A stretch of DNA of 64,000 nucleotides, from contig CAYQTJ010000004.1 of NCBI GenBank assembly GCA_964420395.1, positions 2,506-66,505 on the forward strand. The letters run 5' to 3'. Below the pieces are notes generated by a model, which saw only the letters and a program-made list of their open reading frames with translations, was not told where the DNA came from and searched no databases. The translations under genes and the position numbers were made by a program. Positions 37,017 through 46,412 of this stretch are shown piece by piece; position 1 is the stretch's first letter; every line of letters starts with the position of its first letter. Source of the DNA: an uncultured Fibrobacteraceae bacterium (GTDB lineage Bacteria; Krumholzibacteriota; Krumholzibacteriia; LZORAL124-64-63).

Positions 37017-39413
37017 ATGAGCGGCGAAAAGACCAAAGGCGGCTCGGGCGGGTCGGATGTGGCGGAGGCGCGGGTCCCCGACGTGCTGCCGATCCTGCCG
37101 ATCAGCGAGGCCGTCATCTTCCCGTACATGATGGTCCCGCTGGTCCTGAGCGACCGCAAGCTGATCCAGCTCGCCGACGACTGCCTGGCGGGCGACAAGA
37201 TGCTCGGCGCGTTCGCGCAGCGACCCACCCCGGATGACGAAGAGGAGAAGGAGACGGCCGGCGCCGAGGAGGAACTGATCTACACCGTCGGCACGGCGGT
37301 CAAGCTGCAGAAGATGCTGCGCTTCCCGGACGGCAGCATGCGGCTGCTCGGGCAGGGGGTGGCGCGGGTGCAGCTGAGGGGGCTGACGTCGCGCCGGCCG
37401 TACCTGAAGGGCCGCGTGTCGGTCGTCGAGGAGGATGACAGCCGTGACTCGCGGACGCTGGCCTACATGCGCGGCGTGGCGAACAACTTCATGAAGATCG
37501 TCGACGCCAGCGAGAACCTGTCGGAGGAGCTGAAGGTCGTCGTCATGAACATCGACGACCCCGGCCGCCTCGCCGACCTGATCGCCACCAACCTCGACAT
37601 CGAGATCGGCGAGAAGCAGCAGGTGCTCGAGGAGCCGAGCCCGCGCAAGCGGCTCCAGCTGTTGACGAAGATCGTCATGCGCGAGCTGGAGGTCGTGGAG
37701 CTCGGGCGCAAGCTCCAGCTGCGCGTGCGCAAGTCGATCGACAAGGACCAGCGCGAGTACTACCTGCGGCAGCAGTTGAAGGCGATCCAGCGCGAGCTGG
37801 GCGACACGGACGAGGCGTCCGTGGAGATGGACGAGCTGAAGGAGCGGATCGCCGCGGCCGACCTGCCGGAGACGACGCGGGCCGCCGTCGAGCGGGAGTA
37901 CGACCGGCTGGCGCGCATGTCGCCCGGGGCGAGCGAGTACACAGTCAGCAAGACCTACGTGGACTGGCTGCTCGACCTGCCGTGGCACGTGGCCTCGGAG
38001 GACAAGCTCGACCTGCGCCGCGCCGAACGGCTGCTCGAGCGGGACCACTACGGACTGGCGGACGTCAAGGAGCGGATCCTCGAGTTTCTCGCCGTGCGCA
38101 AGCTCAAGGCCGACAACCGCGGCCCGATCCTCTGCCTCGTCGGCCCTCCCGGCGTGGGCAAGACGTCGCTGGGACGCAGCGTGGCGGAGGCGGTGGGCCG
38201 CAAGTTCTTCCGCTTCTCCCTGGGCGGCATGCGCGACGAAGCGGAGATCCGCGGGCACCGCCGCACCTACGTCGGCGCGATGCCGGGGCGGATCATCGCC
38301 GGGCTGAAGGAGTGCGGCACCAACAACCCGCTCATCATGCTCGACGAGATCGACAAGCTCGGCCAGGACTTCCGCGGGGACCCGGCCAGCGCGCTGCTGG
38401 AGGTGCTCGACCCGGAGCAGAACTGGTCCTTCACCGACCACTACCTGGCGCTGCCGTTCGACCTGTCGAAGGTCCTCTTCATCACGACGGCGAACGTTCT
38501 CGACTCGATCCCGCGCCCCCTGCTCGACCGCATGGAGATCATCAGTCTCGCCGGGTACACCAACCTCGAGAAGCTGGAGATCGCGCGGCGCTACCTGGTG
38601 CCGCGGCAGATCGAGTCGAACGGGCTCTCCGGGGGGTTGATCCGCTTCTCGGACGCCGCCGTGCAGCAGATCATCGCCGAGCACACGCGGGAGGCGGGGG
38701 TGCGCGAGCTGGAGCGGCGCATCGGCGCGGTGTGCCGGAAGGTGGCTCGCGACGTGGCCCGGGGAAAGCGCGGACAGCGCCGCATCACCGCCGCGAACCT
38801 CAACGACTATCTCGGCTCGCCCCCGTACGCCGACGACCGTCTGCGCAGCCGGGCGCGGGTGGGCGTGGCGACGGGGCTCGCCTGGACCGCCGTGGGCGGA
38901 AAGATCCTCTACCTCGAGGGGGTGCTGCTGCCCAACGGGAGCGGCACGATGAAGCTGACCGGACAGCTCGGCAGCGTGATGCAGGAGTCGGCCAGCGCCG
39001 CCTTCTCCTACCTGCGCAGCCGGTTCGGGGAGCGGCCGGAGCATCGCGAGTTCTTCCGCGCCCACGACCTGCACATCCACATCCCGGCGGGCGCCACCCC
39101 GAAGGACGGGCCGAGCGCGGGCATCGCGCTGGCTTCGGTGATGCTGTCGCTGCTGCTCGGCCGCCCGATCGACCGGCTGACGGCCATGACCGGGGAGATC
39201 ACGCTCACCGGCGACGTGCTGCCGATCGGCGGCCTCAAGGAGAAGGTGCTGGCCGCGCACCGGGCGGGCGTGCGGCGAATCATCCTGCCGGCGGCGAACG
39301 AGCCCGACCTGGACGACATCCCGAAGGAGGCGGCGCGCGAGATCCGCTTCGTTCCGGTGAAGCACATCGATGCGGTCTGGCGGGAGATCTTCCCGCGGCT
39401 GCGGCTGGACTGA
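37017..39413 (+). CDS. lon: ATP-dependent Lon protease (La).
   Basis: LON N-domain [20 protein letters not shown]. Walker [16 protein letters not shown]. Protease-domain catalytic Ser in [14 protein letters not shown]. Confidence 0.9.
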   Translation: MSGEKTKGGSGGSDVAEARVPDVLPILPISEAVIFPYMMVPLVLSDRKLIQLADDCLAGDKMLGAFAQRPTPDDEEEKETAGAEEELIYTVGTAVKLQKMLRFPDGSMRLLGQGVARVQLRGLTSRRPYLKGRVSVVEEDDSRDSRTLAYMRGVANNFMKIVDASENLSEELKVVVMNIDDPGRLADLIATNLDIEIGEKQQVLEEPSPRKRLQLLTKIVMRELEVVELGRKLQLRVRKSIDKDQREYYLRQQLKAIQRELGDTDEASVEMDELKERIAAADLPETTRAAVEREYDRLARMSPGASEYTVSKTYVDWLLDLPWHVASEDKLDLRRAERLLERDHYGLADVKERILEFLAVRKLKADNRGPILCLVGPPGVGKTSLGRSVAEAVGRKFFRFSLGGMRDEAEIRGHRRTYVGAMPGRIIAGLKECGTNNPLIMLDEIDKLGQDFRGDPASALLEVLDPEQNWSFTDHYLALPFDLSKVLFITTANVLDSIPRPLLDRMEIISLAGYTNLEKLEIARRYLVPRQIESNGLSGGLIRFSDAAVQQIIAEHTREAGVRELERRIGAVCRKVARDVARGKRGQRRITAANLNDYLGSPPYADDRLRSRARVGVATGLAWTAVGGKILYLEGVLLPNGSGTMKLTGQLGSVMQESASAAFSYLRSRFGERPEHREFFRAHDLHIHIPAGATPKDGPSAGIALASVMLSLLLGRPIDRLTAMTGEITLTGDVLPIGGLKEKVLAAHRAGVRRIILPAANEPDLDDIPKEAAREIRFVPVKHIDAVWREIFPRLRLD

Positions 39414-39430
39414 AGCGGCGGGGAGGTCAC

Positions 39431-40552
39431 GTGGTGAGCCCGCTCATCGACCGGCTGCTGGATCCCTGGTCGCGCCGCGGCCGGGAGGCGGCCTTCACGC
39501 TGCCGGGGGCCCTGGCGCCCGGCGCCGCGGTCCTGGTGCTGGACAGCGGGGACCTGGCCGACCTCGTCTTCCACGGCCCGTTGCTGCACGGCCTGCGGGC
39601 GGGGGTGCCGGATCTGCGCGTGGACGTGCTGCTGCCGGAGGGGCACGCCCAGTTCGTGGCGGCGAGCGGCCTGGCGCGCAACTGCCTCACCTACCGGGAG
39701 GCGCAGCTGCGCCCCTTCCGCCGCGGTTTCTTTCCCCTGCTGCGGGCGGCCCGCGCGGGGGGGTACGACGCGACGATCATCGCCAGCCAGGAGCCGCAGC
39801 CGGCCCTGGCCCGGGTGGCGATGGCCACCGGCGCGCCGCTGAGGCTGGGACCGTCGCACGCGAACGCCTGGCCGGCCGTGAACCTGGAGATCCGCCGCGG
39901 CGCGGACGATGCCACGTACCGCGGGCGCCGGCCGGCCGCGGCCCTGCCGCTGCTGGGGCTGCCGGAGCCGGCGCCCGGCTGGAGCTGGCCCCTGCCGGAG
40001 GAGCGGCGGCGACACGTCCGGCAGCTGGTGCGCTTCAACAAGACCCGCCCCGACGACCTGCTGGTCGCCGTCGATCCGGGGGCGGGGAAGAACGGCCCTC
40101 CGCTGGCCCTGGCGAGCCTGCAGTTCCTGATCGCCCAACTGGCCGGCCGCCACGCCTGCCAGATCGTGCCGCTGTGCGCCAACGGCGGCGGGGAGCGGCT
40201 GCGCGAGCTCACCGCGGCGCTGCCGGCCGCGCCGCCGGCCCTGCCGCGGGCCGACCTCCTGGAGACCGCGCTGCTGCTGTCGCAGTGCGACCTCTTCCTG
40301 GGCGGGAACACCGATCTGTTCCATCTCGCGGTGTCGCTCGGCGTGCCGGCGATCGGCCTGTTCACCGAGGAGGATGGCGCCGACTGGGAGCCGCGGGGCC
40401 GGCCGACCGCGCGGGGGCTGCGGGTGAAACGGGGTGAGCGGGTGGACGCGGAGGCGCTGTTCGCCGCCGTGGCGGCCGTCGGCATCCGCAGCGGGCCGCG
40501 GGCGGCCGCCGCCGCGGACGGAGCGTCGGCATGGCGCGAGGGAGCGGTCTGA
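39431..40552 (+). CDS. Glycosyltransferase family 9 (LPS heptosyltransferase-like).
   Basis: GT9 features: LVLDSGDLADLVF near the N-terminus, and GNTDLFHLAVSLGVPAIGLF near the C-terminus. GTG start. Confidence 0.6.
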   Translation: MVSPLIDRLLDPWSRRGREAAFTLPGALAPGAAVLVLDSGDLADLVFHGPLLHGLRAGVPDLRVDVLLPEGHAQFVAASGLARNCLTYREAQLRPFRRGFFPLLRAARAGGYDATIIASQEPQPALARVAMATGAPLRLGPSHANAWPAVNLEIRRGADDATYRGRRPAAALPLLGLPEPAPGWSWPLPEERRRHVRQLVRFNKTRPDDLLVAVDPGAGKNGPPLALASLQFLIAQLAGRHACQIVPLCANGGGERLRELTAALPAAPPALPRADLLETALLLSQCDLFLGGNTDLFHLAVSLGVPAIGLFTEEDGADWEPRGRPTARGLRVKRGERVDAEALFAAVAAVGIRSGPRAAAAADGASAWREGAV

Positions 40553-40553
40553 G

Positions 40554-41660
40554 ATGGACGCCGCGGCGCGGCCGCCGCGTGGCCGGCGCCTGCTGGTGGT
40601 CGCGCCGAACTGGCTCGGCGATCTGATCATGGCCACGCCGGCCCTCGACCGGCTGGCGGAGGCGCGCGCCGCGGGGTGGTCGCCGGTGCTGAGCCTCCCC
40701 GCGCGCTGGGCCCCCCTGTTCGCCGGCGATTCCCGCTGCGACGCCCTGTTGCCCTGGGACCGCCAGGGTCGCCACGCCGGGATCCTCGGCGTGCCGCGGC
40801 TGGCCGCCCTGTGGCGGGGGGCGCGGGCGGAGGCGGTGGTGTTGATGCCCCCGTCGCTGCGTGTGGCGCTCGCCGCGCGCCTGGCCGGGATCCCGCTGCG
40901 TGCCGGTCACGCGACGGACGGGCGGCGGGCCCTGCTGAGCCACCCCCTGCCGCGCCCGCCGCGCGGTTCCCGGCACTTCAGCCGCGAGATGCTCGATCTG
41001 GCCGAGGCGGCGCTCGCCGCGGTGGGGGGGGCGGCGGCCGGGGAGTCGGCGGCGCCGCGCCACCCGTCCCTGCCTGTCTGCGCGCGGGTGGCGCCCGATC
41101 CGCGGCTGGCGGGCGGTCCGCCGGTCTGGGCGCTGGGTGTGGGGACCACCTTCGGCGACGCCAAGAGCTGGCCGCCGGGTCGCCTCGCCGCCTTCGCCGC
41201 CCGGGCGGTCGGCGAGGAGGGGGTGCGGGTGCTGCTGCTGGGCGAGCCGGCGGGGCGGGCGGCGGCGGACGCGGCCCGGGCGGCCGGGGGCGCGCCGTGG
41301 CGGGAGACGCCGGAGGGGGGACCGGGCGTGGTCGATCTCGTCGGGCGCACCTCCCTGCTCGATGCGGTGGCGCTGTTGCGCGGCTGCGCGCTCTATGTGG
41401 GCAACGATTCCGGGCTGATGCATCTGGCGGCGGCCCTCGGCACGCCGACGCTCGGGCTGTTCGGCTCCACGAGCCCGGCCTGGACGGCGCCGCGCGGCCC
41501 CCGCGCGGCGTGCGTCGTCGCGGAGGGGTTCGCCTGCTCGCCCTGCTACCTGCGGCGCTGCCCGCAGCCGCTCTTCTGCCTCGAAACGGTCACGCCGGGG
41601 CAGGTGCTGGAACGGGCCCGGGCGCTGCTGGCCGCGCCGGCGGAGGGGGAGCCGGAATGA
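40554..41660 (+). CDS. ADP-heptose:LPS heptosyltransferase, GT9 (WaaF/RfaF-like).
   Basis: RLLVVAPNWLGDLIMATPAL ... GNDSGLMHLAAALGTPTLGLFGSTSP. The ATG lies immediately after the upstream stop. Confidence 0.7.
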   Translation: MDAAARPPRGRRLLVVAPNWLGDLIMATPALDRLAEARAAGWSPVLSLPARWAPLFAGDSRCDALLPWDRQGRHAGILGVPRLAALWRGARAEAVVLMPPSLRVALAARLAGIPLRAGHATDGRRALLSHPLPRPPRGSRHFSREMLDLAEAALAAVGGAAAGESAAPRHPSLPVCARVAPDPRLAGGPPVWALGVGTTFGDAKSWPPGRLAAFAARAVGEEGVRVLLLGEPAGRAAADAARAAGGAPWRETPEGGPGVVDLVGRTSLLDAVALLRGCALYVGNDSGLMHLAAALGTPTLGLFGSTSPAWTAPRGPRAACVVAEGFACSPCYLRRCPQPLFCLETVTPGQVLERARALLAAPAEGEPE

Positions 41661-42259
41661 GCCTGTGGCTGCCGGAGGGGTGCCCCGAGGCGGACGCCCG
41701 GAAGGACCGGACGGACGGTGGCGCCCTGTTCGTCGACCGCGACGGCGTGGTCATCGCGGACGCCGACTACCCGGCGGATCCGTCCGCCGTCCGGCTGCTG
41801 CCGGGCGCGGCGGCGGCCCTCGCGCGCGCCCGCGCCGCCGGCTACCTGGTGATCGGGGTGTCCAACCAGTCCGGCATCGGACGCGGTTACTACGGCGAGG
41901 CGGATTTCGCGGCGGTGCAGCGGCGCGTCGATGCGCAACTCGCCGCCGCCGGCGCCGGACTGGACGCGCTCTATTACTGTCCGCACGCCCCGGCGCAGGA
42001 CTGCCGCTGCCGCAAGCCGCGGCCCGGCCTGCTGGAGGAGGCGGCGACGCGCTTCCGGTGGCGCGCCGACCGCTCCTGGCTGGTGGGCGACAAGCTGACG
42101 GACGCGGAACTGGCGCGGGCGGCGGGGCTGCGTCCCGTTCTGGTGCTGACCGGCAAGGCGGAGGCGCGGTCCGCCGGCCTCCCGCCCGACGGGGCGGTGC
42201 TGGTGGTGGCGGATCTGGCGGAGGCGGTCTCCCGCCTCCTGAGCGGGGAGCGGGCGTGA
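41657..42259 (+). CDS. gmhB: D-glycero-D-manno-heptose-1,7-bisphosphate 7-phosphatase (HAD-IIIA).
   Basis: ALFVDRDGV (DxDGT/V). VSNQSG. YCPHAP...CRCRKP zinc-loop motif. GDKLTD. Confidence 0.7.
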   Translation: MSLWLPEGCPEADARKDRTDGGALFVDRDGVVIADADYPADPSAVRLLPGAAAALARARAAGYLVIGVSNQSGIGRGYYGEADFAAVQRRVDAQLAAAGAGLDALYYCPHAPAQDCRCRKPRPGLLEEAATRFRWRADRSWLVGDKLTDAELARAAGLRPVLVLTGKAEARSAGLPPDGAVLVVADLAEAVSRLLSGERA

Positions 42260-43482
42260 GCTGGCTGCTGGACGACCGACCGTTGCGGGCCATCCTCGTG
42301 ACCCGGCTGCGCTACCTCGGCGACGTGGCGATGGCGACCGTCGTGGCGGAGGCGCTGCGCCGGGGCGATCCGCAAGTCGACCTCGGCTTCCTCTGCGAGG
42401 AGGCGTACGCGCCGGTGCTGGCCGGCCAGCCGTCCCTGCGGCGCGTGCACGTGCTGCGGACCAGGCGGCGCTCGGCGGACGCGCGGGCCCGGTCGGTGCG
42501 CGCCGACCCGCGCACCCTCGCGGTGGCGCCGGTCCTGCCCGACGATTGCGAACCGGCCGGCGGGGCCCACCTCGGCCTGCCGCACGGCGGCGGCGGCATA
42601 ATGCGCGAACTGCGCACCGCCCGGTACGATCTGGCGGTCGATCTCCTGTTCAATCCGCGCAGCGCCCTGCTGCTCCGGCTGTCGGGGGCCGGGGCCCGGG
42701 TGGGGGGGCCGGCCGGTTGGCGGCGCCGGCTCTACACCCACCTGGCCGGGCCGGAGGCGCTGGACGGAGACCCGCAGCTGCGTCGGCTCGCGCCCGGCTG
42801 TCTCGGGGATCACCTGTCGCGGCTGGCGCCGCTGCGGCACGGGCCGAGCGGGCTGCCGTTCCTGGCGTGGTACCGGCGGGAGTACGCCGCCGCGCCGGCG
42901 AGGCCCCTGGTGGCCCGCCCCCCCCTGGGGGGAGGGGCGGCGCGCCGGGCCCTCGACGTGCTCGGCGTCGGGGGCGGGAACGGCTTCGTGCTGCTGGCTC
43001 CCGGTGCCACCTGGCCGAGCAAGGAGTGGCCGGCGGCGCGCTGGGCGCAGTTGGTCGGGCTGCTGGCGGCGCGGCAGGCGCGGCCGATCGTGCTCCTGTC
43101 GCCGCCGCTGCGGGGAGAGCTCTACGCGCCGCTGGCGCGCGAGGTGCCGCCGGGACGCGGCGGGCTGCTGCCGCCGCTGCCGCTGGTCGAGGTGCTGCGC
43201 ACGGTGGCGGCCGCGGATCTCGTGGTGAGCGTGGACGGGGGGATCATGCACGCGGCGGTGGCGATGGACCGGCCGACCCTGGCGCTCTTCGGCCCCACCG
43301 ATCCGGCGATCTGGTTCCCCTACCCCGGCCACGGCCGGCAGCGGGTGCTGGGGACCGCCCCCGCCTGCCACCCCTGCGACCGCCACGACTGCCAGGAGTT
43401 CGTCTGCCTGCCGGACCTCGCGGCGGACGCGGTGGCGGCGGCGGCGCTCTCCCTGCTGGCGACCGCCGGGAGCGACCGGTGA
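42256..43482 (+). CDS. Glycosyltransferase family 9 (heptosyltransferase-like).
   Basis: ILVTRLRYLGDVAMATVV ... VDGGIMHAAVAMDRPTLALFGPTDP. GTG start overlaps the gmhB stop. Confidence 0.65.
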   Translation: MSWLLDDRPLRAILVTRLRYLGDVAMATVVAEALRRGDPQVDLGFLCEEAYAPVLAGQPSLRRVHVLRTRRRSADARARSVRADPRTLAVAPVLPDDCEPAGGAHLGLPHGGGGIMRELRTARYDLAVDLLFNPRSALLLRLSGAGARVGGPAGWRRRLYTHLAGPEALDGDPQLRRLAPGCLGDHLSRLAPLRHGPSGLPFLAWYRREYAAAPARPLVARPPLGGGAARRALDVLGVGGGNGFVLLAPGATWPSKEWPAARWAQLVGLLAARQARPIVLLSPPLRGELYAPLAREVPPGRGGLLPPLPLVEVLRTVAAADLVVSVDGGIMHAAVAMDRPTLALFGPTDPAIWFPYPGHGRQRVLGTAPACHPCDRHDCQEFVCLPDLAADAVAAAALSLLATAGSDR

Positions 43483-44534
43483 TCGGCGGAGCGGCGGCAG
43501 CTCCCGGCCGCGTGAGGAGCATCCTCGTGATCCGCCGGCGGGCCCTCGGAGACGCGCTGGTCACGCTGCCGGCCGTGTTGCGGCTGGCGGAGGCGTTCCC
43601 CGCGGCCCGGATCGACCTGGTCGTGGACCGCGCTTTCGCCGCGCTGCTCACCGGCCTGGCGCCGGGGCTGACGATCCTGCCGTGGCCGCCGGGGCGGGGC
43701 GAACGACCGCGCTGGATCGCCCGGCTGCGCGCGGCGCGGTACGACCTGGCGCTCGATTACCTCGGCAGCCCCCGCACGGCGCTCTGGACGGCGCTGACCG
43801 GCGCCCCGCTGCGGGTCGGCTACGCGCTGCGGGGGCGCGCCTGGGCCTACAACGTGCGCGTCCCGCGCAACCGGGACGGCGCGACGCCGCTGGCCGCCTT
43901 CGCCGGGGAGGCGTTCCTCGATCCGCTGCGGGCGCTCGGGCTGGCCCCGGCGCCGTGGCGGGCCGTTGGAGCGGCCGCCGCCCATCCGAACCCAGGCTCC
44001 GCGGGACCGTCCGGCCCGCGGATCGGCCTGGCCCTCGGCGCCACCTGGCCCGCGAAGGGGTGGCCGCTGGCGCACGCGGCCGAACTGGCGGCGCTGGCCG
44101 CGGCGGCGGGGGCGACCGTGCTGCTGCTGCCGGGGCCGGGCGAGGAGCGGCTGGCGGCCGAGTTCCGGAGCGTGGCGCCGGCGGCGGAGGTGGCGCCGCC
44201 GACCAGCCTCGTCGAACTCGCGGCGCTGCTGGCCACGCTCGACCTGCTGGTGGCCACCGATTGCGGCGCCCGTCACCTGGCCGCCGCGCTCGAGGTGCCG
44301 ACCGTGACCCTGTTCGGCCCGACCGATCCCCGGGGCTGGAACCCCGCGGATCCGCGCCATGTTGCAGCACGGACCGGCGAGTCGTGCTCGCCGTGCGATC
44401 TCACGATCTGCCCGATCCCCGGTCATCCCTGCATGACCGGCTTGACCGGGTCGCTCGTCTGGGACAAGGTGCAGGCACTGCTGGCGCGCCGCGCGGCCGC
44501 GGACGGCCGGCGCGGGGAAGGGACGGGCGCATGA
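43479..44534 (+). CDS. Glycosyltransferase family 9 (heptosyltransferase-like).
   Basis: ILVIRRRALGDALVTLPAV ... TDCGARHLAAALEVPTVTLFGPTDP. GTG start overlaps the upstream stop. Confidence 0.65.
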   Translation: MIGGAAAAPGRVRSILVIRRRALGDALVTLPAVLRLAEAFPAARIDLVVDRAFAALLTGLAPGLTILPWPPGRGERPRWIARLRAARYDLALDYLGSPRTALWTALTGAPLRVGYALRGRAWAYNVRVPRNRDGATPLAAFAGEAFLDPLRALGLAPAPWRAVGAAAAHPNPGSAGPSGPRIGLALGATWPAKGWPLAHAAELAALAAAAGATVLLLPGPGEERLAAEFRSVAPAAEVAPPTSLVELAALLATLDLLVATDCGARHLAAALEVPTVTLFGPTDPRGWNPADPRHVAARTGESCSPCDLTICPIPGHPCMTGLTGSLVWDKVQALLARRAAADGRRGEGTGA

Positions 44535-45361
44535 CGGGGCGGAAGCAGGGGGCGACGTGGCTCGCGGCGACCCTCGTATCGGCATGGCTCGTGGCGGCGT
44601 CGGCGGGGTCGGCGTCGGCCCAGGCCGGGACCGACAGCCTGCCGGCCGGTGCGCCGGCGGCGGGGGCCGGTCCCGATTCCGCGGCCGTTGTCCCGTTCGC
44701 GCCGGGCGAGCGGCTGGTCTTCTCCATCGACTACGGACCGGTCAACGCCGGCGAGGGCACGCTGGAGGTGCGGGGGCTGGTCGAGACCGACGGGCACCCC
44801 TGCTATCTGATCGAGAGCCGTGCCTCGTCCAATCGATTCTTCTCCGCCTTCTACATGGTGCGGGACAAGGTCGTCTCGCATGTCGACGTGGCGCGCCTCT
44901 ACTCCCGCTACTTCGCGAAGCGGCTGCGGGAGGGGGAGTACCGGCAGAACATCGAGGTGCGGTTCGACCAGGTGGCCGGGAAGGCGCACTATGCCGACGG
45001 GCGGACTTTTGATACCATGCCGGGCGTCCACGACGTGCTGTCGGCCTTCTATTTCGTGCGGACGCTCGCGCTCGAGCCGGGCCGGACCTACCACGTCGAC
45101 ACCCACAGTTCGCGCAAGAACTATCCGCTGGAAGTCATCGTGCACGGGCGGGAGAGGGTGAAGGTGCCGGCGGGGGAGTTCGACTGCCTGGTGGTGGAGC
45201 CGGTGATCCTGGGCGACGGCCTGTTCCAGCACGAGGGCAGCCTGACCATCTGGCTGACCGACGACGCCCGCAAGATGCCGGTCCTCATGAAGACCAAGGT
45301 GAAGGTCGGGTCGATCGACGCCTCGCTCAAGGAGTTCGTGACGGGAGGGGCGCCGCGCTGA
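44531..45361 (+). CDS. Secreted DUF3108-family protein.
   Basis: Signal peptide. ERLVFSIDYGPVNAGEGTLEV ... YHVDTHSSRKNYPLEV is the pattern typical of DUF3108. Confidence 0.5.
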   Translation: MTGRKQGATWLAATLVSAWLVAASAGSASAQAGTDSLPAGAPAAGAGPDSAAVVPFAPGERLVFSIDYGPVNAGEGTLEVRGLVETDGHPCYLIESRASSNRFFSAFYMVRDKVVSHVDVARLYSRYFAKRLREGEYRQNIEVRFDQVAGKAHYADGRTFDTMPGVHDVLSAFYFVRTLALEPGRTYHVDTHSSRKNYPLEVIVHGRERVKVPAGEFDCLVVEPVILGDGLFQHEGSLTIWLTDDARKMPVLMKTKVKVGSIDASLKEFVTGGAPR

Positions 45362-45383
45362 GGCGGGGCCCGGGGAGGGATCC

Positions 45384-46412
45384 GTGTCGTCATCGGGGAA
45401 CGACGGTCGGTCGCCTGGCCTGCCGCTGCGCGGCTGGCCGGAGGTCGACCTGGACCGGGTGCGTCGGCTCCCGTTCCAGGCGCGCCTGAACAAGGTCTCC
45501 ATCGACGACTTCGGCCGGCCGTCCGCCCCGGGCGACGGCGGCGGCGCGTGGAACCGCTGGCTCGACGGCCTGCCACGGCTGCTGGCGGCGGACAACCTGC
45601 GCCTGCTCGTGGCCCGGCTGCGGGAGGCCCGGCGCGACCGCCGCGTCATCCTCTGGCTGCTCGGCGGGCACGTCGTCAAGACCGGCCTCGCCCCCTACCT
45701 GATCGACCTGATGGATCGCGGCTACCTGACGGCCGTGGCGATGAACGGCTCGGCCTCCATCCATGACGTGGAGGCGGCGCTGTTCGGTCGCACCAGCGAG
45801 GACGTGGCGCGGAATCTCGAGGACGGCAGCTTCGGGATGGTCGCCGAAACCGGCGACTTCTTCCGCGCGGCCTACCGCGAGGCCTTCGCGGACGGATGCG
45901 GCATGGGCGAAGGGGTCGCCCGGAAGCTCGAGCGGGCGGCCGCGCCCCATCGCGACCGGAGCGTGCTGCACGGAGCCTGGCGGCGCGACCTGCCGTGCAC
46001 CGTGCACGTCGCCATCGGCACCGACATCATCCATCAGCAGCCCGGCGCCGACGGCGCGGCCATCGGCGAGTTGACGATGCGCGACTTCCGCGTGCTGGCC
46101 GAGGTGACGCGCGGCCTGGCGCCGGTCGGCGTGGTGGTCAACCTGGGCTCGGCGGTGGTCATGCCGGAGGTGTTCCTGAAGGCCTATACGGTCGCGCGCA
46201 ATCTGGGCTGTCGCCCCGACCGACTGACGACCGCCAATCTGGACATGCTCCAGCACTACCGACCGCGCGAGAACGTGCTGCAGCGCCCCACCGCGCTCGG
46301 CGGCGACGCGATCCCGCTGACCGGTCACCACGAGATCATGGTGCCGCTGCTGCACGCGCTGCTGGTCGACGCGGATGACGCCGACGCGGGCGCGCGGCGG
46401 GGGCCGGCATGA
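45384..46412 (+). CDS. Deoxyhypusine-synthase-like (DHS-like) protein.
   Basis: Colinear resemblance to DHS blocks. ILWLLGGHVVKTGL...LTAVAMNGSASIHDVE resembles FLGYTSNLISSGI...LVTTAGGVEEDL. VHVAIGTDIIHQ resembles VFSPALTDGSLGDM. VVVNLGSAVVMPEVF resembles the GGGVVKHH region. Confidence 0.45.
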   Translation: MSSSGNDGRSPGLPLRGWPEVDLDRVRRLPFQARLNKVSIDDFGRPSAPGDGGGAWNRWLDGLPRLLAADNLRLLVARLREARRDRRVILWLLGGHVVKTGLAPYLIDLMDRGYLTAVAMNGSASIHDVEAALFGRTSEDVARNLEDGSFGMVAETGDFFRAAYREAFADGCGMGEGVARKLERAAAPHRDRSVLHGAWRRDLPCTVHVAIGTDIIHQQPGADGAAIGELTMRDFRVLAEVTRGLAPVGVVVNLGSAVVMPEVFLKAYTVARNLGCRPDRLTTANLDMLQHYRPRENVLQRPTALGGDAIPLTGHHEIMVPLLHALLVDADDADAGARRGPA

